Assembly: GCA_040285825.1 (NCBI GenBank)
Contig: JAUPSS010000010.1
Location: 1,300,881 to 1,364,880, forward strand
Origin: Eukaryota sp. TZLM1-RC
Taxonomy: Eukaryota; Protista; Metamonada: BaSk clade
Length of the DNA stretch: 64,000 bases
Reading direction: 5' to 3'
A program made the translations under genes and the position numbers. Positions 49,999-62,693 of the stretch are shown here, in pieces (positions within the stretch are counted from its first letter, which is position 1; every line of letters begins with the position of its first letter). Under the pieces are notes generated by a model, which was not told the DNA's origin, searched no databases, and worked only from the letters and a program-made list of their open reading frames with translations.

Positions 49999-52923
49999 TT
50001 AGCTCCTCTTCCTAATTCTATTGCTGCGTCTAGGCTTCTTAGAAGGCGTAGACTCATTGGAGGTACCTTGTCGTCGACTAATGGTACGTTTTCCAATTTT
50101 CTTGTTATCCTTACTAAATAACTTATAAGCTTCTGAGTGTCTAACCGGATGGAGTGGCTCTTCTGTTGTCTCACCGCCAAACCATTGAACAGTACAGAAA
50201 CTACCTGAATCAGAGTGGTATTCTGAGAGGATTTTCTCTATAACGTGTTTTTCGGAATCGCCTGCAGCGACTGCTTTGAGAAGCTCAATGTCCTGTGGAT
50301 TTTCTGCGTTATAGATTTTGCAATCTTTCTTGGCAGCTTTTAATTCGGTGCCAGTAGTAAGATTCTTCAATAATAAAGTGGATTTGGATGGAAGGTCAGT
50401 AACTAAGAATGGTCCATTCCAAGATCCATGCAATTTATTATTTTGCTTGGTTTTACGTAAGACGTAGTCAGCAATATTAAATGCTATAAGACACGAATTA
50501 GTATTATCTACTGCAGACGGAGTATTTAATGTTTGGTGACGCTCTGCTTCTTCCCTTTTTTCTTGTAGACGAGTGTTTTTCATTTTTATGTCATCTAGTA
50601 AAGGGATATTAGTTTCAAATTTGGATAAATTTCCTAATATATTAGCAGGGTCTGTTCTTGGACTAATCGAAGAACCGTACATGAGTTCGTATGGGGTAAA
50701 ACCAGTTTTTCTGCTTTTAGTGGAATTTATTAACAGTTGGGATATAAGTACGTAGGTAGACCAATTTCCGTAATCCTTGAAATCTATTAATAGTTTCCTT
50801 AAGCATTGGAGAACGTCTCTATGTTTACGTTCTACAAGTCCATTACTTTCTGAATAGTGGGGAATTGAGTTACTCGTCTCAATCGCTAATCTGTTACACA
50901 CTATTTTAAAAGTCTCGTTGGCGAACTCAGGTCCATTATCACTATGAATTAACATAGGTATGCCAAAGATAGCGCAAACATTCCAAAATAAGGCATCTGC
51001 GGTTTTTAAGGCATTGAGTTCTTTTAAAGGGACTAAGATTGTATATCCAGTAAAAGAGTCTACAAATACTAAAAGATATTTAATTTCTTCGTTGTCGGAA
51101 TTTAGGGGTCCAATTTTGTCGACGTTTAATCTGGCAAAAGGACGATCTGCCCATAAAGATCCTGTGGAAGGTGTTTTTGATCTTTTAACTGGAGCCGTTT
51201 TTTCACAAGTTGGGCATCTTTTGACATGATTAATAAGGTCCTTTCTCATATTGGGCCAGTAGAAATCGCTTTTGGATAGTTTGTGTAAACTATCGTTTTT
51301 GCTAGGGTGACCAGATTGAACCAAACCATGTATTAATAGAAGTGCCTGTTTTCTGAGGCTCTTTGGAATCAAAATTTTGTTTTTATTATTTTTCCAAATT
51401 TGAGTATTTTCATCTAGAATTGCATTTTCAAATAACGAGTCGTTGTTGTTTTTGGCTATTTGTTGTTCAGATCTTATCTTAGAGAACCAAGAAGAAAAAA
51501 TAGGTAGGTCTTGGTGTCTACTTAGAGATGAGATTGATGGGATGTCTTCAAGATCCGAATCAGAATCATCGTCTAGTGGAGGTATCTCGTAATTTGAAAG
51601 TAAAGTATCTGGTATATTTATGCTACAAATAGAAGGAGTTTCCTCGTTTTGATCCAAATCAATATTCCTCGATAACATATCTGCCCAATGGTTGTCTTCA
51701 CCAGGTTCGTGGACTATGTCAAAGTCGAATTCAGATAGTATCGGCAGCCATCTCTTTACAATTCTATTTTTCTCTGGGGCTGTAGCCAGGAATGCAATGT
51801 TTTTGTGATCGGTGAAAATTGTTAAATGTCCAGTTAACAAGTAGCTTTCTAAACAACTTTCAGTTAAAATCAACAGTATTGCATATAATTCTTTTTGTAG
51901 GGTGGACCATTTTCTTTGTGTTTCTGTAAGTAATCTACTATAGAATGACAAAGGTTTCACTTTCCTTTTATTTAGCGGGGTTCCTGCAGAGGAGTAGGGT
52001 TCAATTTCTTGCCAAATAACACCTCCTACTGCTACATCTGAAGCGTCAGTACTTATCAATACTCGCTTGCCCGAAGCTGGTAATTCAAGGGGCATGTGGT
52101 TTACTATTAAGTCTTTTATTTGTTTTAAGTAATCGTCATGCTTGCTAGTCCATTTAATTATTCTGGGTTTTCCTTTAATTAGCTCGTTAATTGGAGCAAT
52201 TAATTCAGAAATACCTGGAAGCCAATCTCTAATATAATTTATGGATCCTACCAATGAGCGAACTTCTTTCACTGTTTTTGGTCTAGGGATTCTCATCAAG
52301 GCTTCGATTTTTTTCCTACTTATAAATCTAGTTTTATCCTGGAAGGTACTTCCTAAAATGTCGATAGGGTGTTTTGATGTTACGAATTTGCATTTACGTA
52401 AGCCTATATTTACACGTCTATTTCTGGCGCATTGGAGGACTCTTTGTAATCTCTTATAAAATTCTTCGAATGTCGTTCCAACTATTATGATATCGTCAAT
52501 GTATATGAAAACGCCATCTATTTGGAAAATTTCCATCATTACGTTTTGAAAAACTGCTGGGATGTTCTTTAATCCGAAGCAAGCTCTTTTAAACATGATT
52601 GACCTTCCAGGAATTGAGATTGATGTTTTCTCAATATCCTTCTCAGCAACTTTCATCTGCCAGAAAGCTTTTGGTAAATCAAGCGTGGCGATGTAATTTG
52701 CTCTACTCAAAAATTCTAATATATCACTAATCCTAGGTAGATTAGGCTCTACTGAAATCGTATGGGCATTAACTCCATCTTTACCACTAAAGTCTCCAGT
52801 TAACCTGGGTTTCTTGCCGTCAGGATATATAACTAAGACAATAGGAGAGCTGAATTTATAATTAGATTCAACTGCATAGCCCATTTCGATCAGTTCATCA
52901 AATATTTTGTTTGCTATTTCCAT
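49999..52923 (-). CDS. pol: pol of C: RT, RNase H, integrase and chromodomain-like domain
   Basis: LDLPKAFWQ, YIDD, TDASD, KELYAI, TDHKN, ADMLSR, H..GH..CPTC, D-D-E (VDKIG/HSDNG/VERKH), GPF, EKIL..CTVQWFG. Confidence 0.93.
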   Translation of the reverse strand: MEIANKIFDELIEMGYAVESNYKFSSPIVLVIYPDGKKPRLTGDFSGKDGVNAHTISVEPNLPRISDILEFLSRANYIATLDLPKAFWQMKVAEKDIEKTSISIPGRSIMFKRACFGLKNIPAVFQNVMMEIFQIDGVFIYIDDIIIVGTTFEEFYKRLQRVLQCARNRRVNIGLRKCKFVTSKHPIDILGSTFQDKTRFISRKKIEALMRIPRPKTVKEVRSLVGSINYIRDWLPGISELIAPINELIKGKPRIIKWTSKHDDYLKQIKDLIVNHMPLELPASGKRVLISTDASDVAVGGVIWQEIEPYSSAGTPLNKRKVKPLSFYSRLLTETQRKWSTLQKELYAILLILTESCLESYLLTGHLTIFTDHKNIAFLATAPEKNRIVKRWLPILSEFDFDIVHEPGEDNHWADMLSRNIDLDQNEETPSICSINIPDTLLSNYEIPPLDDDSDSDLEDIPSISSLSRHQDLPIFSSWFSKIRSEQQIAKNNNDSLFENAILDENTQIWKNNKNKILIPKSLRKQALLLIHGLVQSGHPSKNDSLHKLSKSDFYWPNMRKDLINHVKRCPTCEKTAPVKRSKTPSTGSLWADRPFARLNVDKIGPLNSDNEEIKYLLVFVDSFTGYTILVPLKELNALKTADALFWNVCAIFGIPMLIHSDNGPEFANETFKIVCNRLAIETSNSIPHYSESNGLVERKHRDVLQCLRKLLIDFKDYGNWSTYVLISQLLINSTKSRKTGFTPYELMYGSSISPRTDPANILGNLSKFETNIPLLDDIKMKNTRLQEKREEAERHQTLNTPSAVDNTNSCLIAFNIADYVLRKTKQNNKLHGSWNGPFLVTDLPSKSTLLLKNLTTGTELKAAKKDCKIYNAENPQDIELLKAVAAGDSEKHVIEKILSEYHSDSGSFCTVQWFGGETTEEPLHPVRHSEAYKLFSKDNKKIGKRTISRRQGTSNESTPSKKPRRSNRIRKRS

Positions 52924-53091
52924 TTTGCTGGGATTTAACCGTCTAGCAGGTTTGTGTACTATAGCATTCTCATCTCTAAAGGGGATTGTTAGAGGATTAC
53001 AATCGATTCCTTTTCTATTAGGAGTTTCACTAAAAACATCCCTGAATAATTTTAGTAGACTCGTTAATTTTAATTTATTATTACTATCATC

Positions 53092-53976
53092 TTAAGTTAT
53101 CTCACATCCAGATCTTGCTAATTGCTCCTCAAAATCAGAAGGACTTGGTGATTGGTTATCTAAGTTTCCAATCGAATGTTGAGCGATCCTAGAGTCGAAT
53201 TCTGATTTTGCATTTAACAAAGTGCGGTGTTCTTTGTCTAATCTAATGAAAAGACCATCATCCGTCTGAAGCCCAAGTGCTTTTAACATGTCTGTCCCTA
53301 TTAATAATTTGTTCGAACCCGGGATTATGGGAAGAGTATGTGTATAATGAACTTGTTGCGCAATGCTTCCTACGTTGAACGACAGAATACCAGTTGCACT
53401 CCCTAGCGATTTTGTGGATACGTTATTAGCTGGTAAGAACTTAATGGTATCCTTGCTATTGATTGACATATGGCATTGTGCAGCTAAATCTGCAGTAATA
53501 ACTGAACAAAACGCAGCCGAATCTATAGTCGCAATCATTTTAATATCATTAAATGATATCTCCAGTCTTGGAAATGGAGAACGCTGGGACCTGATGTGGT
53601 TTTCACTAACCGTAGAATTAATATCAAAAATACTATTGATATCAGAGCTGGTTTGGTGAATTTGTAGAGGAATTAAAAGATTTTGTTGAGCTGTTGGAAA
53701 GTTGTTGACCGGGTTTCCTAAATCGGTTGTTGATTGATTGTGATTGATTGCGTTGATATTTACCCGATTAGGAAAGTTGCCTGTCCTGTTGTTCCGGTTG
53801 CTGTTGTTGATCCGTCTGTGAGGAACCGTACTCGAACGGGTCGGTTTTGGCTCAGTAGGGGATGCGTATGATGATATATCCTCTGTTGTGTTGGTGTTAT
53901 ATATAGGTCTATATTGACCTCTTCCTTTATGTCCTCTAAAACGGCCTCCACGGCCTCTAAATTTAAATCTATGCAC
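53092..53976 (-). pseudogene. Gag tail and protease of C (in frame with pol across one TAA)
   Basis: RGG-rich segment, IDSAA, LLIGTD. Confidence 0.8.
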
Positions 53977-54041
53977 ACGTCTACCACGGCCACCTCGGCC
54001 CCTTTCTACACTGCCTGTACTAGCAGGCGTCTCCTGATCTC

Positions 54042-56794
54042 CTAATCTAAATCTTTCTTGGGAACTCTGCTTCTAGCACAACGAGGGTCTTTGCATTCGA
54101 ATACAGTGTGGCCAACAGGATTGTTACCTTTGACGTTACTGCAGAATGTACAGAATTTTGACCCTTCTCGTTCATGCTTTTCAGGGATGTATTTGTGTTG
54201 AGGGGTTCCTCTTGACTTTCCACCTGATCGTCTTGCTCGTTTTGTTGGAGCCTGGGCTGATGGTGTTACTCCTCTTGAGTAAGTTCTCATTGCCGTGAGT
54301 CCCAAAGGAATATCTTCTTCGTTAGCCCTATTCCTTAGTACATCCATTGTAGGCTTATTTCCTGCTGTGAAACAACAAGCGAGGAAATGTCTTCTCGTTG
54401 TCGATATCAAATCGAGTAGAGTTGTTCTGTTCGGTGAGTCCCACAAGGATTCCCTAGTCCATACTGGGAGGAGTTCGCTTGATATAGCGAAGTTATCCAA
54501 ACCCATAAGGAAGTACTCGGCTATTAGAGCGGGAGATATGGTTATCAGCCCACTGCTTCCTCTAATTAAATCGGGGATGGTTAGGTCGGTCATGTAGGTG
54601 GTCATTCTCAAGACGTCTCCAAAATCTTCTACATAACGACCAGACTCGTTGTCAGCCTCATGCCTATTGTGGATTTTTCTCCGGTTTATTCTAGGCTTCA
54701 TTAGGGCTGTACAAGCCTCATGATATGATGTGAATTGCGTTCTTTTTAACAGAAATACCATGACGTCGGTGTCGGTATAGTCAACACCGAGTAAACCTTG
54801 ACTCTGCCATCTAGATAGAACGCTAGGGTCAATCATGTTGGATATTCCTGTAGGGCAAGTGCTCATCATCATGCTCCTAAATAAATCATAATGGTGGATT
54901 GGGGGTCCGAGCTTATCTGTTATAGCTGGGTCAATCCTTACCAAAGGCTGTGTTGTATCCCTGGTGATCTCGTGGCGTATATGTTTGGGGAGATCTTTAA
55001 TCCTATCTTGGGTTATTTCTGCTTGGCCTTCTCCAAATAGCTGGGTAGCTATCATAAAGGCTCTGGTCCAATCTGATTGACCTGGGGCTTCAAAGCTTCT
55101 ATTAGCTATCTTTCGCCCGTATTTATCCCAAGTTTGATATTTTAAAAGAAAAGCTATGATAGACATATTGTTGATATGGTCGTCAGCGGATAACCGAAAT
55201 CTGTTATAGTCGGTATCCTTAGACCGTGGATCAATCTGTCTATGAAGGCTACTAGCTATGCTCATGTCAATAGCTCTTCTTGAGGATTGTAGGTCCTCAA
55301 TACGCATAGATCTGTCGGAAGAAGAGTTTCTTACTGAGGGTTGAGGAGGAGCCGCTTCTCCAACGACTGGCCCGTTCAACTCTATGTCTTCTCCGATTTC
55401 ACATTCCATAGGTTGGGAGGAAGTTGGTTCTTCCTGAGGAGCAACGTCTTGTCTAGTTACAGGTTCCGGGACGTTCACTGTTGGAACGTGTTCGGGTATG
55501 CTGTCAATAGAGCAGACCTGTATTGGTTGGCTTTTTTCAGAAATTATAGGGGCTGCAACAGGCAGTTTGGGAAGGTGGAGAGATGTGGATGGATCTCCCG
55601 TTACCCATTGTCTAAACTCTCGTTGTTTCGTGAACGAGTTACCATGATGTTGGATGTAGTTGTTAGGACGGCTCCTATACGTGGATACAGCTGATCGTTC
55701 CGTATGAATGTTATTTAAAGCGTCTGCATCGAACCAGGGTGTTACTGGTTCAAGCTTGTCTTGTTCACTACTATCCTCCTTCTCCATAAATTCCCTAAAA
55801 TATGTGGGAGCACCCTCTGTCAGCTCCGTGTAATTATGGCTTACCGTATCAAAGTTAGGATCAAACCAGGCAGGCAATTTGGATTGTAGGATGTCTTCCG
55901 AGTCGGTCCTACTTCTCTGCTCGATGGAGAGAAACCTTATTCTCCTGCCGTGTTGATCTAGGAAGGAGACTTTCCAATCCAATCTGTCTTTGATGGGAAG
56001 GGACATCATTTCGTTGATTCTCTTGTGCATACCCGAGACTCTGCGGCGGCGCTCTGCGTTACGCCCGAATGTCTCTCTACTCAGTTTATCAAGCGCCTTT
56101 ATGAGTTCATTCCTTTCATTGAGGGGAATTTCCAATACCTTTTGGGTATCCCCAATCATTCCGAGGGTCTGGAAACCAACGTTTCTGCCTCTTTTTTGGA
56201 TGTAACTCCATAAAGGAGGAAGCTGCTCGAACAGACAGAAATCTGTTGGTTCGAGGTAAGCCTCCGCATCCTCTCTTAATAACTTGTAGACGTGTATAAC
56301 AAGAGTCGTCTTTCATCCAGTTGAGATTGAATTTCTTCATATTCTCCTAATAGGGAAGACGTGTCTAAGGTGGGATTTCCATCCGTTCTCTTTGAAACAG
56401 GTTCTAGAATTGGGAGGGGAGAGGGAGCCGGGTCCGTTCTCGTTGCCTCCGAGGACAATTCTGTATACTTGAGGAGAGAGGGAGCCGGGTCCGTTCTCGT
56501 TGCCTCTTCCATTGCTTTGAGGGGAGAGGGAGCCGGGTCCGTTCTCGTAACCTCATCTGTTTCTTTTTTTCTGAGGGGAGAGGGAGCCGGGTCCGTTCTC
56601 GTTACCTCTTCCATTGCTGAAGATGGAGGGACCTCGTCCACTCTTTTATCTTCTTCTACTTTTAGGGAGGGGGAGGTGGGATTCGGGTCCGTTGCCTCGT
56701 TACCCTCTATATTATGTATATGTGTCACTGGTACCTGCTGCATGTTGGATGGGGGATTAGGGTCAGAGATATCTTGCTGAAAGATGTCTGACAT
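54042..56794 (-). pseudogene. gag: Extended gag of C (frameshifted)
   Basis: ORFs 56276-56794 and 54042-56159; RTQF..HEA motif shared with A gag; CTFC..GH..C knuckle. Confidence 0.8.
56412..56700 (-). repeat. Coding minisatellite (E-[AV]-TRTDPAPSPL x4-5)
   Basis: GGGGAGAGGGAGCCGGGTCCGTTCTCGT repeated every 54-63 bp. Confidence 0.85.
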
Positions 56795-59700
56795 GCTGTA
56801 AAAGTTTTTGGTTTCTGGGGATGTTCACTAGTAAAGTGCTGAAGTTATGGTATACCTTTTGACTTTAAAATGGCCAATAATTATTGTTGCCTAAAGTCTA
56901 CTGTAGTAAAGAAAAGTCTGATTTATTTTCTATTCATATTATATAAGCCTTAGGGCGCCAACACTATGAATCAACAGTGGGATACCAAAAATTGATACTA
57001 CACTCCATAGGAGGTGATTGGTTGCCTCCAATGCATTCAATTCCTTTGCAGGGCAAATGATCGTATACCTAGTGAACGAATCTACAAAAACCATTAAATA
57101 TTTGAATCCATTATCATTCTGTTGTAATGGTCCAATAGTGTTTGCGTTTAATCGTGCAAAAGGACGATCAGCCCAAAGAGAACCAGATGATTCAATGACT
57201 TTTTTAGGCACATGTGCCGTCTTTCGACATGCTGGGAATCTCTAAATATGATTGATCTTGTCTTTGCGCATGTTTGGCCAAAAATAATCACTATCGAGTA
57301 ATTTCTTTACACTAGTCGTCACACTGGGTTGGCCAACATTTGCATGTCTATGAATGATAGTCAAAATCTGCTTCTTTAAACTGTCTGGGTTAACAATCTT
57401 CCCACGTATGTTGGTATACAATTGTATACAATTGTATACAATTTGTAATCTTTATAATTATCAGTGTTTGAATCAACATCTATAAGTTGTTCTTGCCTAA
57501 TCTTTGAGATCCAAGTATCAAATAAATCAAATTTAGTATCCTCAACTGCTTCTTTTTATGCAGATAAGCTATTGATCATGGGTAGCTCAATTGTGGACTG
57601 TTGAGTCATATTATCTTTTAACAAATTAACCGTAGTCAATAAATTTAAATAGGGCAATTGTTCTTCAACTTTGTGAGGGGCTAAATTTCTCACTTGTTGG
57701 ACTCGAGGGGTTTTGGTTTTGGTATCGACCAATCTAGACAACATGTCTGTTCAATAATTCTCCTCGCCTGCAGTGTGGACTACATCAAAATTGAATTCTG
57801 ACAATATTGGTAGCCACCTCTTCACAATTCTGTTCTTTTCAGGAGCTGATATATGGTATGCTGGGTTTCTGTGATCAGTGAAAATTGTTAATTTCCTCGA
57901 AATTCAATAATTTTCTAAACTACTGTCAGTGAGAATTAGTTAAATTGCATACAACTCTTTCTGAAGATCAGACCAATTTTTTTGTGAAGTTGATAATAAT
58001 CTGCTAAAGAAGGCAATAGGTACAACCTTTCTCTTAGTTAATGGTGTCGTAGGATCTTTAGGTGGGTTAGCTTCTTGCCATATTACTCTACCTACAGCCA
58101 CATCGGACGCGTTAGCACTTATTAAAATTTGCTTATCTTCTGAGGGCAATTCAAGAGGGATATTTGCCTTCATTAGATTTATAATCTTATCAAAAGCCTC
58201 GTCATGATGAGAAGTCCACTTGATCTTTGACGGTTTGTTTCTGGTTAATTTGTTGATTGGTTCTATCAAATCTGACAAATTCGCCAGCCAGTCACGTATA
58301 TAATTGATCGAATTTATAAAACTCCTAACTTCAGGTAATGTCCTAAGTTTGGGTAGATTGATCAGTCCTTCAATCATGGATTCATCAATATAACCGGTTC
58401 TTTTTCAAAAATACTGCCTAGAATTTTTATCTTATCTTTGCAAGTGGTAAAGCTACACTTGGGTTGGCCCACGTTAACTCTAAAACGTTTGGCGAGTTCT
58501 AGGACTGTAACTACTCTTGATAGAAACTCATCCAAGCTACTATTATAATATCATCGATATAAATAACAATACACCTCTGGAATCAAAAATTTCCATGTTT
58601 TGGAAGACCGGAGAAACGTTTTTCAAACCAACACAAGCCCTTTTGAAGCTGACCGACATCCCGGGAATTGATAAGGAAGTTTTATCAATACCCTCTTTTG
58701 TAATTTTGAGCTGCCAAAATGCCTTAGGTAAATCTAGAGTTGCTATATAATTAGCTTCACTTAAAAACTCTAAAATGTCGCTAATCCTGGCCATATTTGC
58801 CTCTACAGGTTTAGTCAAATCATTTACTCCACCTATACCACTCAAATCGCCAGTTAATCGTAGTTTCCTGTGATCAGGGTAAATTAAAAGACAAATAGGA
58901 CTACTCAATTGAGACTTTGCGGGCACAGCAAATCCATTACAAATATATTCGTCAAAAATTTCCTCAGCTACCCGTTGTTTTTCTGGGTTTTATCTTCGAG
59001 GTTTCCTTTTGACGACCTTACTTTTGTCATAAAATGAAATGGTCATCAGCTGACAATCAATTCCATCCACGTGAGGTTGCCCTCTAAATACATCTGTATT
59101 TTTCGAGTAGCACGACTAGGCGTTCCTCATCCCTTATGTCATCCAGGCATATTCTACAGACCAACTCAACTAAATCATGTCTGAATGTGGAATGCCCAAC
59201 ATCATTACCTCAGTCTGATATATTACTCAATTGTTCTATGAATCTAATTGGTTGACAAATTCTATTATCAAACTCATATTCAGCGTTCAAGATGATGCAA
59301 TGTTCGCGATCCAAATCAATAATGAAACCGTACTCCATGCATAGCGCCAAGGTTTGCAATAAGTCTCTTCCGATCAACAGATTGTTGGTACCAGGAATGA
59401 TCTGGAATTCGATTCTTATAAACACTTGATTGGCCAAGCTACTCACATTTTGAGCAAAAACACCTCTTGCACATCCCAGGGTCGTGGAGCGAATACCATT
59501 TACCGATAGGTTTTCGACGGTCACATTGTCATGAACCGTCATATTACATTTAGAGGCTAAATCCATTGGTAATGCTGAAAATGCAGCTCCATTATCAATT
59601 TCGCCCTGTACTTCCGCGTTGTTTATTGAGCAGTTCAACCAAAATTTTTCGTTAGAACTTGTTTGGTCTCATGTCACCCTAGATAGTCTAACACTGTGGA

Positions 59701-59850
59701 TAGAACCCACAGGATTATGCGACTTTCTAAATATTCTTAATGGGTTTAGGTGTCTATAATTCGAATTTATTTTGCTCATTTTATAAATGGTATTGGTTGA
59801 ATTGTGTGTAAGGTTATTAAAAGATGTGTATTCATCTAATTAATTACTAC

Positions 59851-59992
59851 TGATGCCGTTAGGCAGAAATACCAAAGAAGTAAAGAGAGAAAAGAACATT
59901 TATCAATAAAGAAACCCGTTCTTCAACGAGTGCCACGTCATCAAGTGAAATCCTGAGATAACTACTAACCTTATTTATCAGTAACTATAACA
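59851..59992 (-). repeat. Solo LTR related to family E
   Basis: TG..CA ends; TSD CTAC at 59847-59850 and 59993-59996; shares the terminal TGATGCCGTTAGGCAGA and CACGTCATCA with E. Confidence 0.85.
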
Positions 59993-62693
59993 CTACTAGA
60001 CAATTTACGCTTGTCACCACCTTTTCGTTTTTTGTTGCCGGGTCTACCTACTGCGGAAAAGCAATTGTCTTCAGCGTGTCTATTTGTATTACAGATGCCA
60101 CACCATTGCCCAGGAAGAATTTCCTTGGGTTGATGTTTAAGTTTTCCACTACCCTTAGAACGTTTAGGATGTATTCATGAGAAACTTCTTGACTAGTTAG
60201 CTCCTCTGAACGAAGATTTGTTGCCAAATATATTTTCACATTTGATAATTCCAGGTTCTCGAATTCTTTCAATTTTTGCACGAAGGCTTGTCCAAAAGCA
60301 TATATAGCGTCGTCCAATTTGCTAAGGTCACTACTACCTTGAGGGAATTCATCAATTCAATTTCCATAGGTATTTACCAATTGATCGTGAGTTTTCTTGT
60401 TGATTTCCTCTAGGATTCTTTCAGCAGAAAAAACATCAGAAGGCTGATTGTCGGTTCCCGGCATTGTGGTTGACTGTCTTATTATGTCAATGAATTGCTC
60501 TATAAAAGTGTTCCAAATCACTTCGGCAGTTCTTCGACTAATTTCAGAACACCTTGTCGCACTTAAAGCTTGATTCACCTCGGAAATGGTCTTATACTGG
60601 TTGTTTAATAACAAAAAATTTTCAAATCTCGTGGTTGGTTGCGTTTGTCCCTAAAGGCTTTACGCGATCTCATAAACGATTTTGTCATTGTATCGAAACG
60701 GTGGTTTTGATCATCTCGCTAAAACATGATCCTAACGAAATCATATTCATATTTAGGTTGCCCATATTGAGTGAAAGGTTGGAAAAGTCTAATAGGTCCA
60801 TCACAGACTCTTTTAGTCTTTGCCCAATCAGCAAAATTGACTACAAAGTCGGAAAATTTTTTGAAATCGAATCCATCATCCAGTTTCTTTTATTTTTTTT
60901 TCCCAAATTTTTTTGATTAGTTTCTCCTTATTGGTTACAGATCTATATTGAAAGCCTGTAAAAAAACAAGAATATCTTTCGGTGCTATTGAGCTGCCTGT
61001 AGCTACCAATTACAGTTAACGGGATTGGTGTATTTTGCCCATATGACGGAACAGATGACAATCTCCTTCCTGGAAATGACACTACTGACGGAGTTACAAA
61101 CATATTATTCGCTTCCTCTGAAGGTAGCATTTGGCTCAAGTACAGGATATGTTTATATTTTAGTGATTCGTCCTGTTCCGGAAGTTTTTGGGTCTCAGGT
61201 TTAAAATCAGCCGAATCAGGGGCGCTCTTAGACTCTTGAAGAATCCCTTCCACATGATGTTTAAAAGGTAGACATTTACCCTTGATCATCACAGTGTCGA
61301 GAACTCTTTGGTCGGGGTAACTATCTAACCATGCCTTAAGTTCGCAATCCATGCGTCAAGATACACCAATTTAATCTTGTTGGGTCCGACTCGTTGTTCT
61401 TTTAATTCAATGGTTTTGATTCCTTTTTTTACAAAGGTTTCCTTGTGATGAAATTGGATAGTATCGCCTCTATTTGCAACGAATCGACCTCCCAACAGCA
61501 AGAGAACATCAATCATTCTGTTTTTTGGGTGCACATTGTCTACCAGGAAATGCCTTACCGTTCCCCTGAGTAAACGACTTTTGTGATAATGAGGATACAT
61601 TTTGGCAATCCAAAACAACCTGTCATCATACTCATCACTTCCACGGATACAATGTTTCCCCATGGGGAGTCGTTCGTCAGGAATGGCATCCATGTGTCAA
61701 AATGCAGGTATTGGGGTAGTTGCATGTCACTTTGTACGTGGTGCGTCAAAGTAACAATTTTTAGGCTCTTCAGCTACAAAACTAACAGAGCTCTCCGAAC
61801 ATTGATCTTATCGTGCCAAAAGGTCGATTTCTTGATTTTATCGTTGGAGAACCAAGTCGTCCTGCGTATATCCACGTGAGCTGCCAAATAACAAATAACC
61901 ATCGTTTCTTTAGCAACTCATACCTATCCTCTATACAAGAAGAATCCGTTATAAAATTGGATTCATTCTTGATGGCAACCGCAAACTCATCATTGCTTCA
62001 ATCTCTAATGACATCAGGTGGGCTAGCAATGATGGACTGGAAAAAGTCTCTAATTTATGGGCGACTCTCTTCTTCAATTCTTGACGATATCACTTTTGAG
62101 AAGTGCAGTATTCTGTGTCTGTCCATTCAATTTCAGAAGGGTCAGTGGAAGGTTTATCACCATCCCCATTTCCAGTCCCATCGTTTGGGTTAGATGTTCC
62201 CGTCTGAGGGGAGGTAGAATCCAGTAGAAGACAAATTTTTATGAGCTTCTTCGAACGGGGAGGGAGAAGGGTTTGTGTTAGAAGTGTCCTCTCCATTTCC
62301 TTCACTCATTTCAGAAGGAAGCTGTTGGTTTCCCATGCCAAGAAGTAACTTCATCCCATTTGGGAAAATGTTATCTGGGTCATAGGTGTGGTTGCCTATG
62401 TTATTCTCCGTAGGAAGAGCATTCTTTACAAGTGAAGTGCTTCTCTCCTCAGATGGAGGATTACTCTTCCGCGAGGAAGGACTCTCCTTATGTGGAGGAA
62501 TACTCTCCTTAATAGGAGGGATGTTACAGCTAACATCATGGCCGCTTAAGCCATTAGTTAATGATGCCTGTGACATAATGGTAACAGCAAAAAGGTAAGA
62601 TAATCTATTAAATTTACTGACCCTTGCAAAGGCCATCACTGGTGAAGTGTCTATGATAATAAATACACTGGACTAATTGTTTACAGTACAACA

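Larger units (their letters stand above)
49791..56963 (-). mobile_element. Near-complete Ty3/gypsy element C (7.17 kb) with 79-bp LTRs
   Basis: LTRs at 49791-49869 and 56885-56963 (1 mismatch); TSD CTAT; splits HS|DNG of D's integrase. Confidence 0.95.
47349..62693 (-). mobile_element. Old Ty3/gypsy element D (degenerate gag-PR-RT-RH-IN) containing C, E2, a solo LTR and an inverted LTR
   Basis: LTRs at 47349-47481 and 62562-62693 (about 87% identical by eye); TSD ATAT; flanks rejoin the CRE frame. PR 59210-59638, RT/RH 57740-58926, IN split at 56964/49790 and 49086/47985. Confidence 0.88.

Noticed and set aside
53092-53094. Alternative genetic code (TAA reassigned)
   Set aside because: Long host and pol ORFs have no in-frame TAA/TAG; isolated stops occur only in decaying TEs.
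57412-57445. TGTATACAAT x3 palindromic repeat
   Set aside because: Local slippage duplication within decayed pol of D.
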